A stretch of 64,000 nucleotides of DNA from an uncultured Actinomycetes bacterium (GTDB lineage Bacteria > Actinomycetota > Acidimicrobiia > IMCC26256 > PALSA-555): positions 178 through 64,177 of the forward strand of contig CALEYV010000107.1 in assembly GCA_937927875.1 (NCBI GenBank). Direction: 5' to 3'. Made by a program: the position numbers and the translations under genes. Below, piece by piece: positions 55,733 to 64,000 of this stretch; positions within the stretch are counted from its first letter, which is position 1, and each line of letters opens with the position of its first letter. Under the pieces are notes generated by a model. That model was not told the origin of the DNA. It worked only from the letters and a program-made list of their open reading frames with translations, and did no database searches.

Positions 55733-56868
55733 CCGCTCGCCCCACCCGCGGCCGCCGCCTGGGCCACGAGCGAGCCGCTCACGACCTGGCGGGCGAGGTC
55801 GGGGTTGACGGTGATCGTCACGTCGAGGGCGGGCCGCCCGCTGCTCTGCAGGCGCGTCGCCAGCCGGTCGCCGCGGAGGTTGATCACCGACCCCCGGTAC
55901 TGGTCGGGTTGCTGCCCGGGGCCGAGGGTGACGACGCTCGTGTCGAGCAGGATGCCCCCGCCCTCGACCGGCGGGCCGGTGAGCGCGATGTCGAGCTGTC
56001 CGCTGCGGCCGCCGTCCAGCGAGGCGGCGATGTGGACGGTCACGTTGCCGGCCCGGTCGGGGTTCGATTGGCTGATCGTGCCGCTCACCTGCGCGGAGAA
56101 GGGCAGGGCGGGCAGCGCGGCACCCGACGGAGCGGTGACGGCGGGGGAGGCCGCGCTGCTGGACGCGGTCGAGCTCGACGAGGCGCGGGCGAGGATGCTG
56201 TCCGGCGTCCCGGCCCGGCGCGCCCAGCCCGCCGCCAGCGGCCCGCCGGCCAGCCACACGACGAGGAGGATCGGCGCCAGCAGGCTGGCGCTCAGCCCGG
56301 CGATCCGCACGCCGGGGCGCTCCGGCCAGCCGGTGGCGAGCCGCCACCAGGCGGCCGCGATCACCGCGACGACGCAGGCGACATAGAGCGCGAGCACGAA
56401 CCCGATTCGGGTGTCGCTCCCGGTCCCGAGCCCGTGCACGACGACGAGCGGCCAGCACAGGTACGCGAACCAGTGCACGAACCGCCACGTCTGGTGGCGG
56501 ATCCGGTGCCGGAGGAGGCTCGTGACCATGAGCGCCAGCAGCACGTCGAAGGCGGCCGCGCCCAGCCCGAGCCACACCGGGCGGTACACGGACACGAACG
56601 GGATCACGGTGTCCTTCCACCCGATGGGCGCGAACGCGTCGACGACGACCGCGGTCACATGCACCCCGATCAGGGCGGTGGCGAGCAGCGACGAGTTGCG
56701 ATGGAGCAACTCGATGACGAACCGGGGCCAACCGGTGCCGGACCATCGGACGGAGGTCACGATGCCGAGCACGACGCTGAGCGTGAGGACGACGAGGGCG
56801 GCGAGGCCGCTGCCCCGGGCCAGGTACCAGAGCACGCTCGGGCTGCCGGACGCGGCGAGGAGGCTCAT
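55729..56868 (-). CDS. Ferric-reductase-like (MsrQ/YedZ-type) transmembrane protein with extracytoplasmic C-terminal domain
   Basis: 379 aa, 6 TM. His pairs in two helices (LLHRNSS...GVHV and VHWFAY...VVHGLG). Ser-rich linker, then about 150 aa of beta-rich sequence. Confidence 0.8.
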   Translation of the reverse strand: MSLLAASGSPSVLWYLARGSGLAALVVLTLSVVLGIVTSVRWSGTGWPRFVIELLHRNSSLLATALIGVHVTAVVVDAFAPIGWKDTVIPFVSVYRPVWLGLGAAAFDVLLALMVTSLLRHRIRHQTWRFVHWFAYLCWPLVVVHGLGTGSDTRIGFVLALYVACVVAVIAAAWWRLATGWPERPGVRIAGLSASLLAPILLVVWLAGGPLAAGWARRAGTPDSILARASSSSTASSSAASPAVTAPSGAALPALPFSAQVSGTISQSNPDRAGNVTVHIAASLDGGRSGQLDIALTGPPVEGGGILLDTSVVTLGPGQQPDQYRGSVINLRGDRLATRLQSSGRPALDVTITVNPDLARQVVSGSLVAQAAAAGGASG

Positions 56869-57794
56869 GCCGCGGCCTCGACCGGCCAGCCCGCCGTGCG
56901 CACGATCGTCCCGTCGGCGCGCACGAGCCGCGCCGCCAGTCCGAGCCCAATCAGCCAGCCCACGGCCGGCTCGCCGCGCACGATCGCGGCCGTGCTGGCG
57001 ATGTTGGCGTCGACGCAGGTCTGAGCGACCACGCTGACGGTCCGCCAGCAGGTCGCGGCCGGCTGGCCCGACCCGGGGTCGATGATGTGGTGCAGGGCGT
57101 CGTCGCCCCGCTGCCAGCGACGGACGGTGGTGCTCGAGGTGGCGAGGCCACCCGTCGTGATCGCCACCGTCTCGCCCGGGGCGTCCGGCGGTGCGGCGTG
57201 ATCGTCGGTGACCCGCACCGGCCAGCCATCGGTCCGCGTCTCGCCGGCGACCGCGATGTCACCACCGAGGCTGACGAGGACGCCGCCGTCCACCGTGCTG
57301 GCGATCGTGGCGGCGGCCCGGTCGACCGCGAAGGCCTTCGCCGTCGCGCCGAGGTCCAGCTCCACGCCGTCCGGCACCTGGACCGTGCTCCCGGTCCGGT
57401 CGACGACGATCGTGCGCCAACCCGGGACCTGCTCGACGATGCAGGTCAGCGGGTCACCGGTCGCGGCGACCGCCGCGAAGTCGCGGTCGTAGCCGAGGAC
57501 CCGCAGCGACCGCCCGATGGTGGGGTCCACGTCGCCGTCGGTGAGGCGGGCGGCCCGCAGCGCGACGTCGAGCGCGTCGAGGAGCACCGGGCCGACGCTG
57601 ACCGGCCGGCCGGCGCCCGCGTTGACGGCCATGAGCTCCGAGTCGGCCCGGAATCGGCTGCAGGCACGGTCGACCTCGGCAAGGACGTGGTCCAGTCGCG
57701 CTCGGGCTGCGGGCAGCGCGGCTCGCTCGGTCACGGCGAGGATGGCGGTGGTGCCCAGGGCGGGGAACGCCTCGGTCGCCCACGGCTCGGTCAC
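56865..57794 (-). CDS. apbE: FAD:protein FMN transferase
   Basis: 309 aa. GTG start in a GTGA overlap. SELMAVNA, DPTIG, DLGATAKAFAVD, GGLATSS, HHIIDPGSG. Confidence 0.9.
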   Translation of the reverse strand: MTEPWATEAFPALGTTAILAVTERAALPAARARLDHVLAEVDRACSRFRADSELMAVNAGAGRPVSVGPVLLDALDVALRAARLTDGDVDPTIGRSLRVLGYDRDFAAVAATGDPLTCIVEQVPGWRTIVVDRTGSTVQVPDGVELDLGATAKAFAVDRAAATIASTVDGGVLVSLGGDIAVAGETRTDGWPVRVTDDHAAPPDAPGETVAITTGGLATSSTTVRRWQRGDDALHHIIDPGSGQPAATCWRTVSVVAQTCVDANIASTAAIVRGEPAVGWLIGLGLAARLVRADGTIVRTAGWPVEAAA

Positions 57795-58105
57795 GTGCCC
57801 CCGGAGGTCGCGACGTGACGGTGGTGGGTCTGGACCGGGGCGGGCGCCGGCTGGAGGCTGGGGTCGGTGACGCTCGGGTCCACCGTGGTCGTGGTGGTGC
57901 TCGGTGCCGGCGCGGCCTGGGTGGGGGCGCCCGAGCCCGAGGACGGCGGCGGGTTGGTCGACGCGGAGCCGGAGGTGCCGGGGAGGGCCTGGGCGACCAG
58001 CGCCGAGAGGATCCCGGCCAGCGCCACGCCGCCGGCGGTGAGCCAGCGGGACAGGCGGGAGACCCGACGGAGCCCGTCGTCGCGGTCGCTCGCTCGGTGT
58101 CGCAT
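57791..58105 (-). CDS. Membrane-anchored Ser/Pro/Thr-rich peptide (104 aa)
   Basis: ATG at 58105 with a strong GGAGGA RBS. One TM (WLTAGGVALAGILSALVAQA), low-complexity tether, C-terminal HHRHVATSGGT. Stop overlaps the apbE start. Confidence 0.6.
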   Translation of the reverse strand: MRHRASDRDDGLRRVSRLSRWLTAGGVALAGILSALVAQALPGTSGSASTNPPPSSGSGAPTQAAPAPSTTTTTVDPSVTDPSLQPAPAPVQTHHRHVATSGGT

Positions 58106-58202
58106 CTCGTCCTCCAGGAGCCGGCGCCCGGGGGGGGCAGGCGCACCAGCCAGGGTCCCAGACCGGGGTGCCCGACCCGACCAGGAAACGGCAAAAAAAG
58201 GA

Positions 58203-59645
58203 CTAAGTCCGGCCGGCTGGGGCCTGGTTTGCCCCCTCGGCCCGGGGAGGGCGGGCGCCAGCCCGCAGCTCGACGGCGACCTCGAGCCCTCCGGAGGACC
58301 GCGAGCGGAGCTCGACGCGGCCGCCGTCGGCGGTAACGAGCTGGCGCACGATCGCCAGCCCCAGGCCGAAGCCCCCGTTGTCGCTGGGTGCGGCCGACCC
58401 CCGCCAGAAGCGGTCGAAGGCCCGGGCTCGGTCCTCGTCGCTCATCCCCGGGCCGTCGTCGCGGACCCAGACCTGGACCCGATCGCGACGGCGGCCCGCG
58501 CCCAGCGAGACGGTGGTCCCGGCCGGGGCCTGGGCGAGGGCGTTGTTCAGCAAGTTGTCGAGCACCTGCTCGAGGCGCTCGGGCGTGGCGCTCGCCCACA
58601 GCTCCGCCGGGACGTCCACCGTCAGCTGGACGTCGTGCTCGGCGGCGAACGCGAGCCACGCCTCGCGACGACCGACGATGACGGCGCCGATGTCGACGTT
58701 GGTCGGCTCCGAGGGCGCCCGCTCGGCGCGTGCCAACGCCAGCAGCCCGTCGACGAGCCGCGTGAGCCGCTCCACCTCCGCACGCGCTCCTTCGACGTCC
58801 TCGGCCGCGGCCGGCTCGACCTCGCTCTCCAGGTTCTCGAGTCGAAGCCGCAGCGCGGCGAGCGGCGTGCGGAGCTGGTGTGACGCGTCGGCGACGAACG
58901 CCTGCTGGGCCCCCATGAGCGACTCGAGCTGGGCCGCGGTGGTGTTGAACTCCTGGGCGAGCAGGCGCACCTCGGCCGGCCCCGGCGGGACGGGAGCGCG
59001 GGCGTCCAGGTTGCCGCGGCCCAGGCGCGACGCGGCCCGCCCCAGCTCGGCCAGCGGGCGGGTGACGGACCGCGCGACCAGCAGGCTGACGGCGAACACG
59101 ATGGCGAGCACGCCGCCCCCGATGCCGGCCAGCAGCAGCCAGTTGTTGCGCACCCGCTCGTTGACCGAGGACAGCGGGTGCGTCACGCGGACGACGCCGG
59201 TGACCTGGTTGCCCGATTCGACCGGCACCGCCACGGACCACAGGTCGCCGAGCGAGCGAGACGAACGAGTGCCGCTCGTCTCGTGACCGCTCAAGGCTCG
59301 AGCGATGTCGCCCGGCTGCAGCAGGTTGGGGCGCTCGTGCTCGGTGTCGCCCGGCGGCTCGGACGTGGCGACGCGGCGCCCGGCGGCGTCGGTGATGATC
59401 ACTCGGTCGCCCGCCTCATGCTGGTAGCGGGAGAGGAGCGCCCGCAGCTCGGCCTCGCCGGCCGCGTCAGGTCCCGATTCGAGGTTCTCCTCGGATCGGA
59501 CGGCGAGGGTGACGGCGTCCTGGTGCACGGACTGCTCGAGTCGACGCCGCTCGGAGCGCGCGAACGAGAACCCGAGCGGGACCTCGAGCCCGATCAGCAC
59601 GAGGACGGTGATGGTCAGGTAGCTGAGGAGCAGCCGCTTACGCAC
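58203..59645 (-). CDS. Sensor histidine kinase (2 TM, HAMP, HisKA, HATPase)
   Basis: 480 aa. H-box ADASHQLRTPL, N-box LLNNALAQ, DDGPGM, GFGLGLAIV. Confidence 0.9.
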   Translation of the reverse strand: MRKRLLLSYLTITVLVLIGLEVPLGFSFARSERRRLEQSVHQDAVTLAVRSEENLESGPDAAGEAELRALLSRYQHEAGDRVIITDAAGRRVATSEPPGDTEHERPNLLQPGDIARALSGHETSGTRSSRSLGDLWSVAVPVESGNQVTGVVRVTHPLSSVNERVRNNWLLLAGIGGGVLAIVFAVSLLVARSVTRPLAELGRAASRLGRGNLDARAPVPPGPAEVRLLAQEFNTTAAQLESLMGAQQAFVADASHQLRTPLAALRLRLENLESEVEPAAAEDVEGARAEVERLTRLVDGLLALARAERAPSEPTNVDIGAVIVGRREAWLAFAAEHDVQLTVDVPAELWASATPERLEQVLDNLLNNALAQAPAGTTVSLGAGRRRDRVQVWVRDDGPGMSDEDRARAFDRFWRGSAAPSDNGGFGLGLAIVRQLVTADGGRVELRSRSSGGLEVAVELRAGARPPRAEGANQAPAGRT

Positions 59646-60324
59646 TGGTACCCGAGCGGTTCCGGAGCCGGAAGCCGACCCCCCGGACGGTCTCGATCCA
59701 CGTCGGGTCGCCGAGCTTCTTGCGCAGCGAGGCCACGTGCACGTCGAGCGTCTTCGTCGGCCCGTACCAGTGGGGGTCCCAGACCGCCTCCAGGATGCGG
59801 CCCCGGCTGAAGACGGCTCCCGGGTCCTCGGCGAGCAGGGTCAGGAGGTCGAACTCCTTCGGCGTCAGCATCACGTCGCGGCCGTCGACGCGCACCTGCC
59901 GGGTCCGGGGGTCGATGGACAGCGTCCCGACCTGCAGCGGCGTGCTGTCCGCCACCCTGGTCGTTCCTCGGCGCGTGACGGCTCGGATCCGGGCGACGAG
60001 CTCCCGGAACCCGAACGGCTTCACCATGTAATCGTCGGCACCCAGCTCGAGTCCGACGACGCGGTCGACCTCTTCGGTCCGGGCCGTCACGACGATGATG
60101 GGGACGTCCGAGTCGGCTCGGATCTGACGACACACGTCGAACCCGTCCACGTCTGGCAGGCCCAGGTCCAGCAGCACGATGTCGGGACGGGGAGCCTCGT
60201 CCTTCACGCGCGCCGCGACCTGGTTGCCGCGCGTCGCACGCTCGACCTCGAAGCCCTCGCGAGTCAGCCCCTTCGCGAGCGGCGCGGCGATGGTTTCGTC
60301 GTCCTCGACGATGAGGACCAGCAC
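59638..60324 (-). CDS. OmpR-family response regulator
   Basis: 228 aa. LIVEDD, DIVLLDLGLPDVDG, KPF, winged-helix region LTPKEFDLL...VRGVGFRL. 8-nt overlap with the kinase gene. Confidence 0.92.
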   Translation of the reverse strand: MLVLIVEDDETIAAPLAKGLTREGFEVERATRGNQVAARVKDEAPRPDIVLLDLGLPDVDGFDVCRQIRADSDVPIIVVTARTEEVDRVVGLELGADDYMVKPFGFRELVARIRAVTRRGTTRVADSTPLQVGTLSIDPRTRQVRVDGRDVMLTPKEFDLLTLLAEDPGAVFSRGRILEAVWDPHWYGPTKTLDVHVASLRKKLGDPTWIETVRGVGFRLRNRSGTSA

Positions 60325-60489
60325 GCCTCCACCTTCTCATCAGCCCTGTGGGAGGCGGGTGCGCCTTATCCGAATCTTGGCGATTGGGAAGCTGGCGCGA
60401 CCGGGACGCCGCCCCGGTCCGCGAGGACCGGCCGGCCGCCCTACGGGACGAGGCGCACGACCGATTACGGAGGCTTCCTCACTATGTGG

Positions 60490-60504
60490 CAGACTCACTG
60501 TCTG
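60490..60504 (+). promoter_or_regulatory. Inverted repeat CAGAC-tcact-GTCTG abutting the marR start (candidate autoregulatory operator)
   Basis: 5-bp arms with a 5-nt spacer, immediately 5' of the ATG at 60505. Short, so chance occurrence is possible. It would be inside the CDS if ATG 60484 is the true start. Confidence 0.2.
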
Positions 60505-61020
60505 ATGACCCATGCTGCGAAGGGAGCGCCGGTGGGCGCCGGCTCGAAGGTTCCCCGGACCCCAGGCTCGGACCCGGTCGGCCAGCTGGCCGAGCTGCTG
60601 TTCCGGACCACCATGCGCTTGCGGCGCGGCTCGGCGAAGGAGCTCGCGCCCATCGGCGTCACCTTCGGCCAGGCCCGGGTGATGCGGGTCCTCGCCCGAG
60701 CGGACGGGCCGATGCGCATGGCCGACCTCGCCGCTGCGCTCGAGATCGTGCCCCGCTCGGTGACCACCGTCATCGACTCGCTCGAGGAGGCGGGCCTGGT
60801 CTGTCGTGAGCCCGACCCCCACGACCGGCGATCCGTCCTCGTGGCACCGACCGCGTCCGGTCAGGCCGCCCTCGAGCGCATGAACCGCGCTCGCCGCGCC
60901 ACCGCCGAAGACCTGTTCGGGCGGCTCAGCGAGCGGGAGCGAGCCACCCTGCTGAGCCTCCTCGTTGCCCTGAACGGGGACACCACCGGCACCGTGCGGT
61001 CGCACCGAGGGGCACGCTGA
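60505..61020 (+). CDS. MarR-family transcriptional regulator
   Basis: Winged-helix core GVTFGQARVMRVLA...MADLAAALEIVPRSVTTVIDSLEEAGLV.R.PDPHDRRS. Alternative ATG at 60484. Confidence 0.88.
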   Translation: MTHAAKGAPVGAGSKVPRTPGSDPVGQLAELLFRTTMRLRRGSAKELAPIGVTFGQARVMRVLARADGPMRMADLAAALEIVPRSVTTVIDSLEEAGLVCREPDPHDRRSVLVAPTASGQAALERMNRARRATAEDLFGRLSERERATLLSLLVALNGDTTGTVRSHRGAR

Positions 61021-62933
61021 TGGGCGCGCACGCGGGGCCGATGTGGGGCGCGATGCGATCGATGCGTCGCGACCAGTCGGTGACGGACGCCAAGGTGGCC
61101 AAGGGCACCGCGCGTCGGATCCTCCGGTTCGCCCGCCCGTACCGGAACATCCTGCTCTTCTTCCTCGGGGTCGTCGTCGTCGACGCCGTGATCGGCGCCA
61201 TCAACCCGCTGATCCTGCGCGAGATCATCAACCGCGGCATCCTGCGCCACAACTCGGGGCTCATCGTGAACCTGGCCCTGCTCGTGGCCGGCCTGGCGAT
61301 CGTCGACGCCGGCCTGTCGCTGGGACAGCGGCTGGTCTCGGCGAAGATCGGCGAGGGCCTGATCTACGACATGCGGACGAAGGTGTTCGACCACGTCCAG
61401 CGCATGCCGATCGCCTTCTTCACCCGCACCCAGACCGGCGCGCTCGTCACGCGGCTCAACAACGACGTGCTCGGCGCCCAGGAGGCGTTCACGGACGTCC
61501 TCTCGACGGTGATCGGCAACCTCATCAGCGTCGGCTTCATCCTCGTCGTGATGTTCCTGCTGTCATGGGAGCTGACCCTCGTCGCACTGCTCATCCTCCC
61601 GGTGTTCGTGCTCCCGGCCCGCTGGCTCGGCCGTCGCCTGCAGTCGATCACCCGCGAGGCCTACGCGCTCAACGCGCAGATGAACACGACGATGACCGAG
61701 CGGTTCAACGTCGCCGGCGCCCTACTCGTCAAGCTGTTCGGGCGGCCGAACGAGGAGACGAAGTCGTTCGCCGACCGGGCCGGGCGCGTCCGCGACATCG
61801 GCGTGATCCAAGCCATGTACGCGCGGTTCTTCTTCGTCGCCCTCACGCTCACCGCCGCCCTCGCGACCGCCCTCGTCTACGGCTGGGGCGGCGTGCTCGC
61901 CGTCCACGGCGCGCTGAACATCGGGACCGTCGTCGCGCTCACCGCCTACCTCGCCCGCCTGTACGGGCCGCTGACCCAGCTGTCGAACATCAACGTCGAC
62001 GTCATGACGACGCTGGTCTCGTTCGAGCGGGTGTTCGAGGTCCTGGACCTGCCGCCGATGATCGCCGAGAAGCCCGACGCGGTGGCCATCCCCCGCGGGC
62101 CGGCCCGGGTCCAGTTCGACCACGTCGAGTTTGCCTACCCGACCGCCGACGAGGTGTCGCTCGCCTCCCTCGAGTCGGTGGCGTCGCTCGTGCACACCCC
62201 GAGCGAGCAGATCCTCTACGACGTCAGCTTCAGCGTCGAGCCCGGGACGATGGCCGCGCTCGTCGGTCCGTCCGGGGCCGGCAAGACGACCATCTGCAAC
62301 CTCGTGCCCCGCCTCTACGACGTGCGCAGCGGCTCAGTGAGCATCAACGGCATCGACGTGCGCGACGCCACGCTCGACTCGCTGCGCTCCAGCATCGGGA
62401 TGGTCACCCAGGACGCCCACATGTTCCACGAGACCATCCGCTCGAACCTGCTCTATGCCAAGCCCGACGCCACGGACGCCGAGCTGCTGGCCGCGCTCGA
62501 CGCGTCGCAGATCGGCCCGCTCATCACCTCGCTGCCCGACGGGCTCGACACCACGGTCGGGGACCGGGGCTACCGGCTCTCCGGCGGCGAGAAGCAGCGG
62601 CTGGCCATCGCGCGGCTGCTGCTGAAGGCGCCCGACATCGTGGTGCTCGACGAGGCCACGGCCCACCTCGACTCGGAGTCCGAGCTGCTGGTCCAAGAGG
62701 CGCTCCGGACGGCGCTGGCGGGCCGGACATCGCTCGTGATCGCCCACCGGCTCTCGACCGTGCGGGACGCGGACCAGATCCTCGTCGTCGACGCGGGACG
62801 GATCGTCGAGCGCGGTTCGCACGACGAGCTGCTCGCCGAGGACGGGCTCTACGCCGAGCTGTACCGCACCCAGTTCGAGCGTCAGGCCGTCCACGGCCAC
62901 CCGCTCGCCAGTCCCGCCAACCAGCCCGCGTAG
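61020..62933 (+). CDS. ABC exporter, fused permease/ATPase (MsbA/MdlB-like)
   Basis: 637 aa. The ATG overlaps the marR stop by 1 nt. 6 TM, Walker A GPSGAGKTT, signature LSGGEKQR, Walker B IVVLDEATAHLD. Confidence 0.92.
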   Translation: MGAHAGPMWGAMRSMRRDQSVTDAKVAKGTARRILRFARPYRNILLFFLGVVVVDAVIGAINPLILREIINRGILRHNSGLIVNLALLVAGLAIVDAGLSLGQRLVSAKIGEGLIYDMRTKVFDHVQRMPIAFFTRTQTGALVTRLNNDVLGAQEAFTDVLSTVIGNLISVGFILVVMFLLSWELTLVALLILPVFVLPARWLGRRLQSITREAYALNAQMNTTMTERFNVAGALLVKLFGRPNEETKSFADRAGRVRDIGVIQAMYARFFFVALTLTAALATALVYGWGGVLAVHGALNIGTVVALTAYLARLYGPLTQLSNINVDVMTTLVSFERVFEVLDLPPMIAEKPDAVAIPRGPARVQFDHVEFAYPTADEVSLASLESVASLVHTPSEQILYDVSFSVEPGTMAALVGPSGAGKTTICNLVPRLYDVRSGSVSINGIDVRDATLDSLRSSIGMVTQDAHMFHETIRSNLLYAKPDATDAELLAALDASQIGPLITSLPDGLDTTVGDRGYRLSGGEKQRLAIARLLLKAPDIVVLDEATAHLDSESELLVQEALRTALAGRTSLVIAHRLSTVRDADQILVVDAGRIVERGSHDELLAEDGLYAELYRTQFERQAVHGHPLASPANQPA

Positions 62934-62960
62934 CCAGCCGCCGCGGGCGCGGCGACCGGC

Positions 62961-63950
62961 TCAGTGGTGGTCGGCGAACTCGATGAAGTCGTACGGGTAG
63001 CCGCGGGGGAAGGCGCTGGCCCAGAACAACTGGATGTTCTGCTGCTCGTCGAGGTCGAACTCGACCGAGGCCAGGTTGTCCTCGAGCTGCTCGAGGCTCC
63101 GAGCGCCGATGATCGGCGCCGTGACTCCGGGCCGGTTGGACACCCAGTTCAGCGCCACCTGGGCCGACGTCTTGCCGGTGTCGGCCGCCACCTTTCCGAC
63201 CGCGTCGACGATGCGCCACGCCCGGTCGTCGAGCCGGTAGGTGAAGGTGATCGGCTCCTCGGCGTCGCCGCCCCGGGTACCGGTCGGCAGGTCCTCGCCC
63301 CGGCGGTACTTGCCGGTCAGGATCCCGCCCGCCAGCGGGCTCCAGGGGATCACGCCGAGGCCCTCGGCCTGGCAGAGCGGCAGCAGCTCGCGCTCGATGT
63401 CGCGGGTCACGAGCGAGTACTCGGGCTGCAGGCATGAGAACCGCTCCCAGCCGTGCAGGGCCGACTTCCCCAGCGCGGTGGCGAGGTGCCAGGCCGCGAA
63501 GTTGCTCGCCCCCAGGTAGCGAACCTTGCCCTGCTCGACCAGGTCGTCGAGCGTCGCCAGGGTCTCCTCGAGCGGGGTCCGGTCGTCCCAGCAGTGGACC
63601 TGGTAAAGGTCGATCCAGTCCGTGCCGAGCCGGCGAAGCGAGGCCTCGACGCCGAGGCGGATGTGCCGGCGCGACAGCCCGATGTCGTTGGGCCCGGGCC
63701 CGGTCGCGAAGCGGACCTTCGTCGCCAGCACCACCTCGTCCCGCTTGGCGGCGATGGCCCGGCCGGTGATCTCCTCCGAGACCCCCTCGTTGTAGACGTC
63801 GGCGGTGTCGATGAAGTTGCCGCCCGCGTCGAGGAAGCGGTCGACCATCTGGCGGCTGGTCGCCTCGTCGGCCTCCCGGCCGAAGGTCATGGCGCCGAGG
63901 CACAGCTCCGATACGCGTATCCCGGTCTTGCCCAGCGGTCGCAGGTCCAT
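62961..63950 (-). CDS. Aldo/keto reductase
   Basis: 329 aa. [34 protein letters not shown]. Confidence 0.9.
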   Translation of the reverse strand: MDLRPLGKTGIRVSELCLGAMTFGREADEATSRQMVDRFLDAGGNFIDTADVYNEGVSEEITGRAIAAKRDEVVLATKVRFATGPGPNDIGLSRRHIRLGVEASLRRLGTDWIDLYQVHCWDDRTPLEETLATLDDLVEQGKVRYLGASNFAAWHLATALGKSALHGWERFSCLQPEYSLVTRDIERELLPLCQAEGLGVIPWSPLAGGILTGKYRRGEDLPTGTRGGDAEEPITFTYRLDDRAWRIVDAVGKVAADTGKTSAQVALNWVSNRPGVTAPIIGARSLEQLEDNLASVEFDLDEQQNIQLFWASAFPRGYPYDFIEFADHH

Positions 63951-64000
63951 GGCTTCCTCTCGTCGGGGGGTGCGCGATCCTCGCCCGGGCTGCCGGCGAC

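Noticed and set aside
54416-56950. 844-aa ORF and the parallel 509-aa ORF (54216..55745) suggesting giant proteins
   Set aside because: Each is protein-like only downstream of an internal start that forms a 4-nt overlap with the preceding gene's stop. The upstream parts are out-of-frame readings of the ferric-reductase-like and NuoF-like genes.
1-64000. Search for rRNA, tRNA, CRISPR repeats, IS elements, integrases, phage or toxin-antitoxin/defence genes
   Set aside because: No intergenic gap is long enough or shows cloverleaf-like features. There are no regularly spaced direct repeats, and I saw no transposase, recombinase, nuclease or ATPase defence signatures in any frame. The absence is by eye and should be confirmed with tRNAscan-SE, Infernal, CRISPR finders and defence-system HMMs.

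Overview
Very GC-rich chromosomal segment, roughly 70% G+C by eye with strong third-position G/C bias. Gene content and order look like Actinomycetota; the taxon is an inference and I could not run a search. I call about 70 densely packed protein-coding genes. Many are joined by ATGA/GTGA/TTGA stop-start overlaps, and GTG/TTG starts are common. The backbone is core metabolism: guaA (3' part), class I aldolase, dtd, pcrA, a B12-binding mutase subunit with sucC-sucD, purN-purH-folD, icd and mdh. Accessory content includes: pspA and a TMEM175-type channel; a co-directional string glpD / AGPS-like FAD oxidase / FGGY kinase / sulfotransferase / DUF4097 repeat protein / minimal class III cyclase; a GGDEF cyclase; an acyl-CoA ligase; F420/LLM and SDR oxidoreductase clusters; three DUF421 membrane paralogues; a coiled-coil peptidoglycan hydrolase; an OmpR/histidine-kinase pair; and a MarR-ABC exporter pair. 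I recognised no rRNA, tRNA, CRISPR array, transposase, integrase or phage gene, so this looks like stable chromosome rather than a mobile island. The most system-like unexplained locus is a translationally coupled operon at 53.5-58.1 kb on the minus strand. It encodes a tethered peptide, ApbE, a ferric-reductase-type haem membrane protein, a stand-alone NuoF-like protein, a ferredoxin and a His-rich membrane protein, directly downstream of the two-component system. It has no recognisable flavinylation substrate. Two genes (MOSC, SDR) are each broken by a single-base frameshift inside a G run. The many long Arg/Pro/Gly-rich ORFs in the six-frame track are off-frame or antisense shadows of real genes. 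All domain calls rest on motif recognition by eye, and several start codons remain uncertain.
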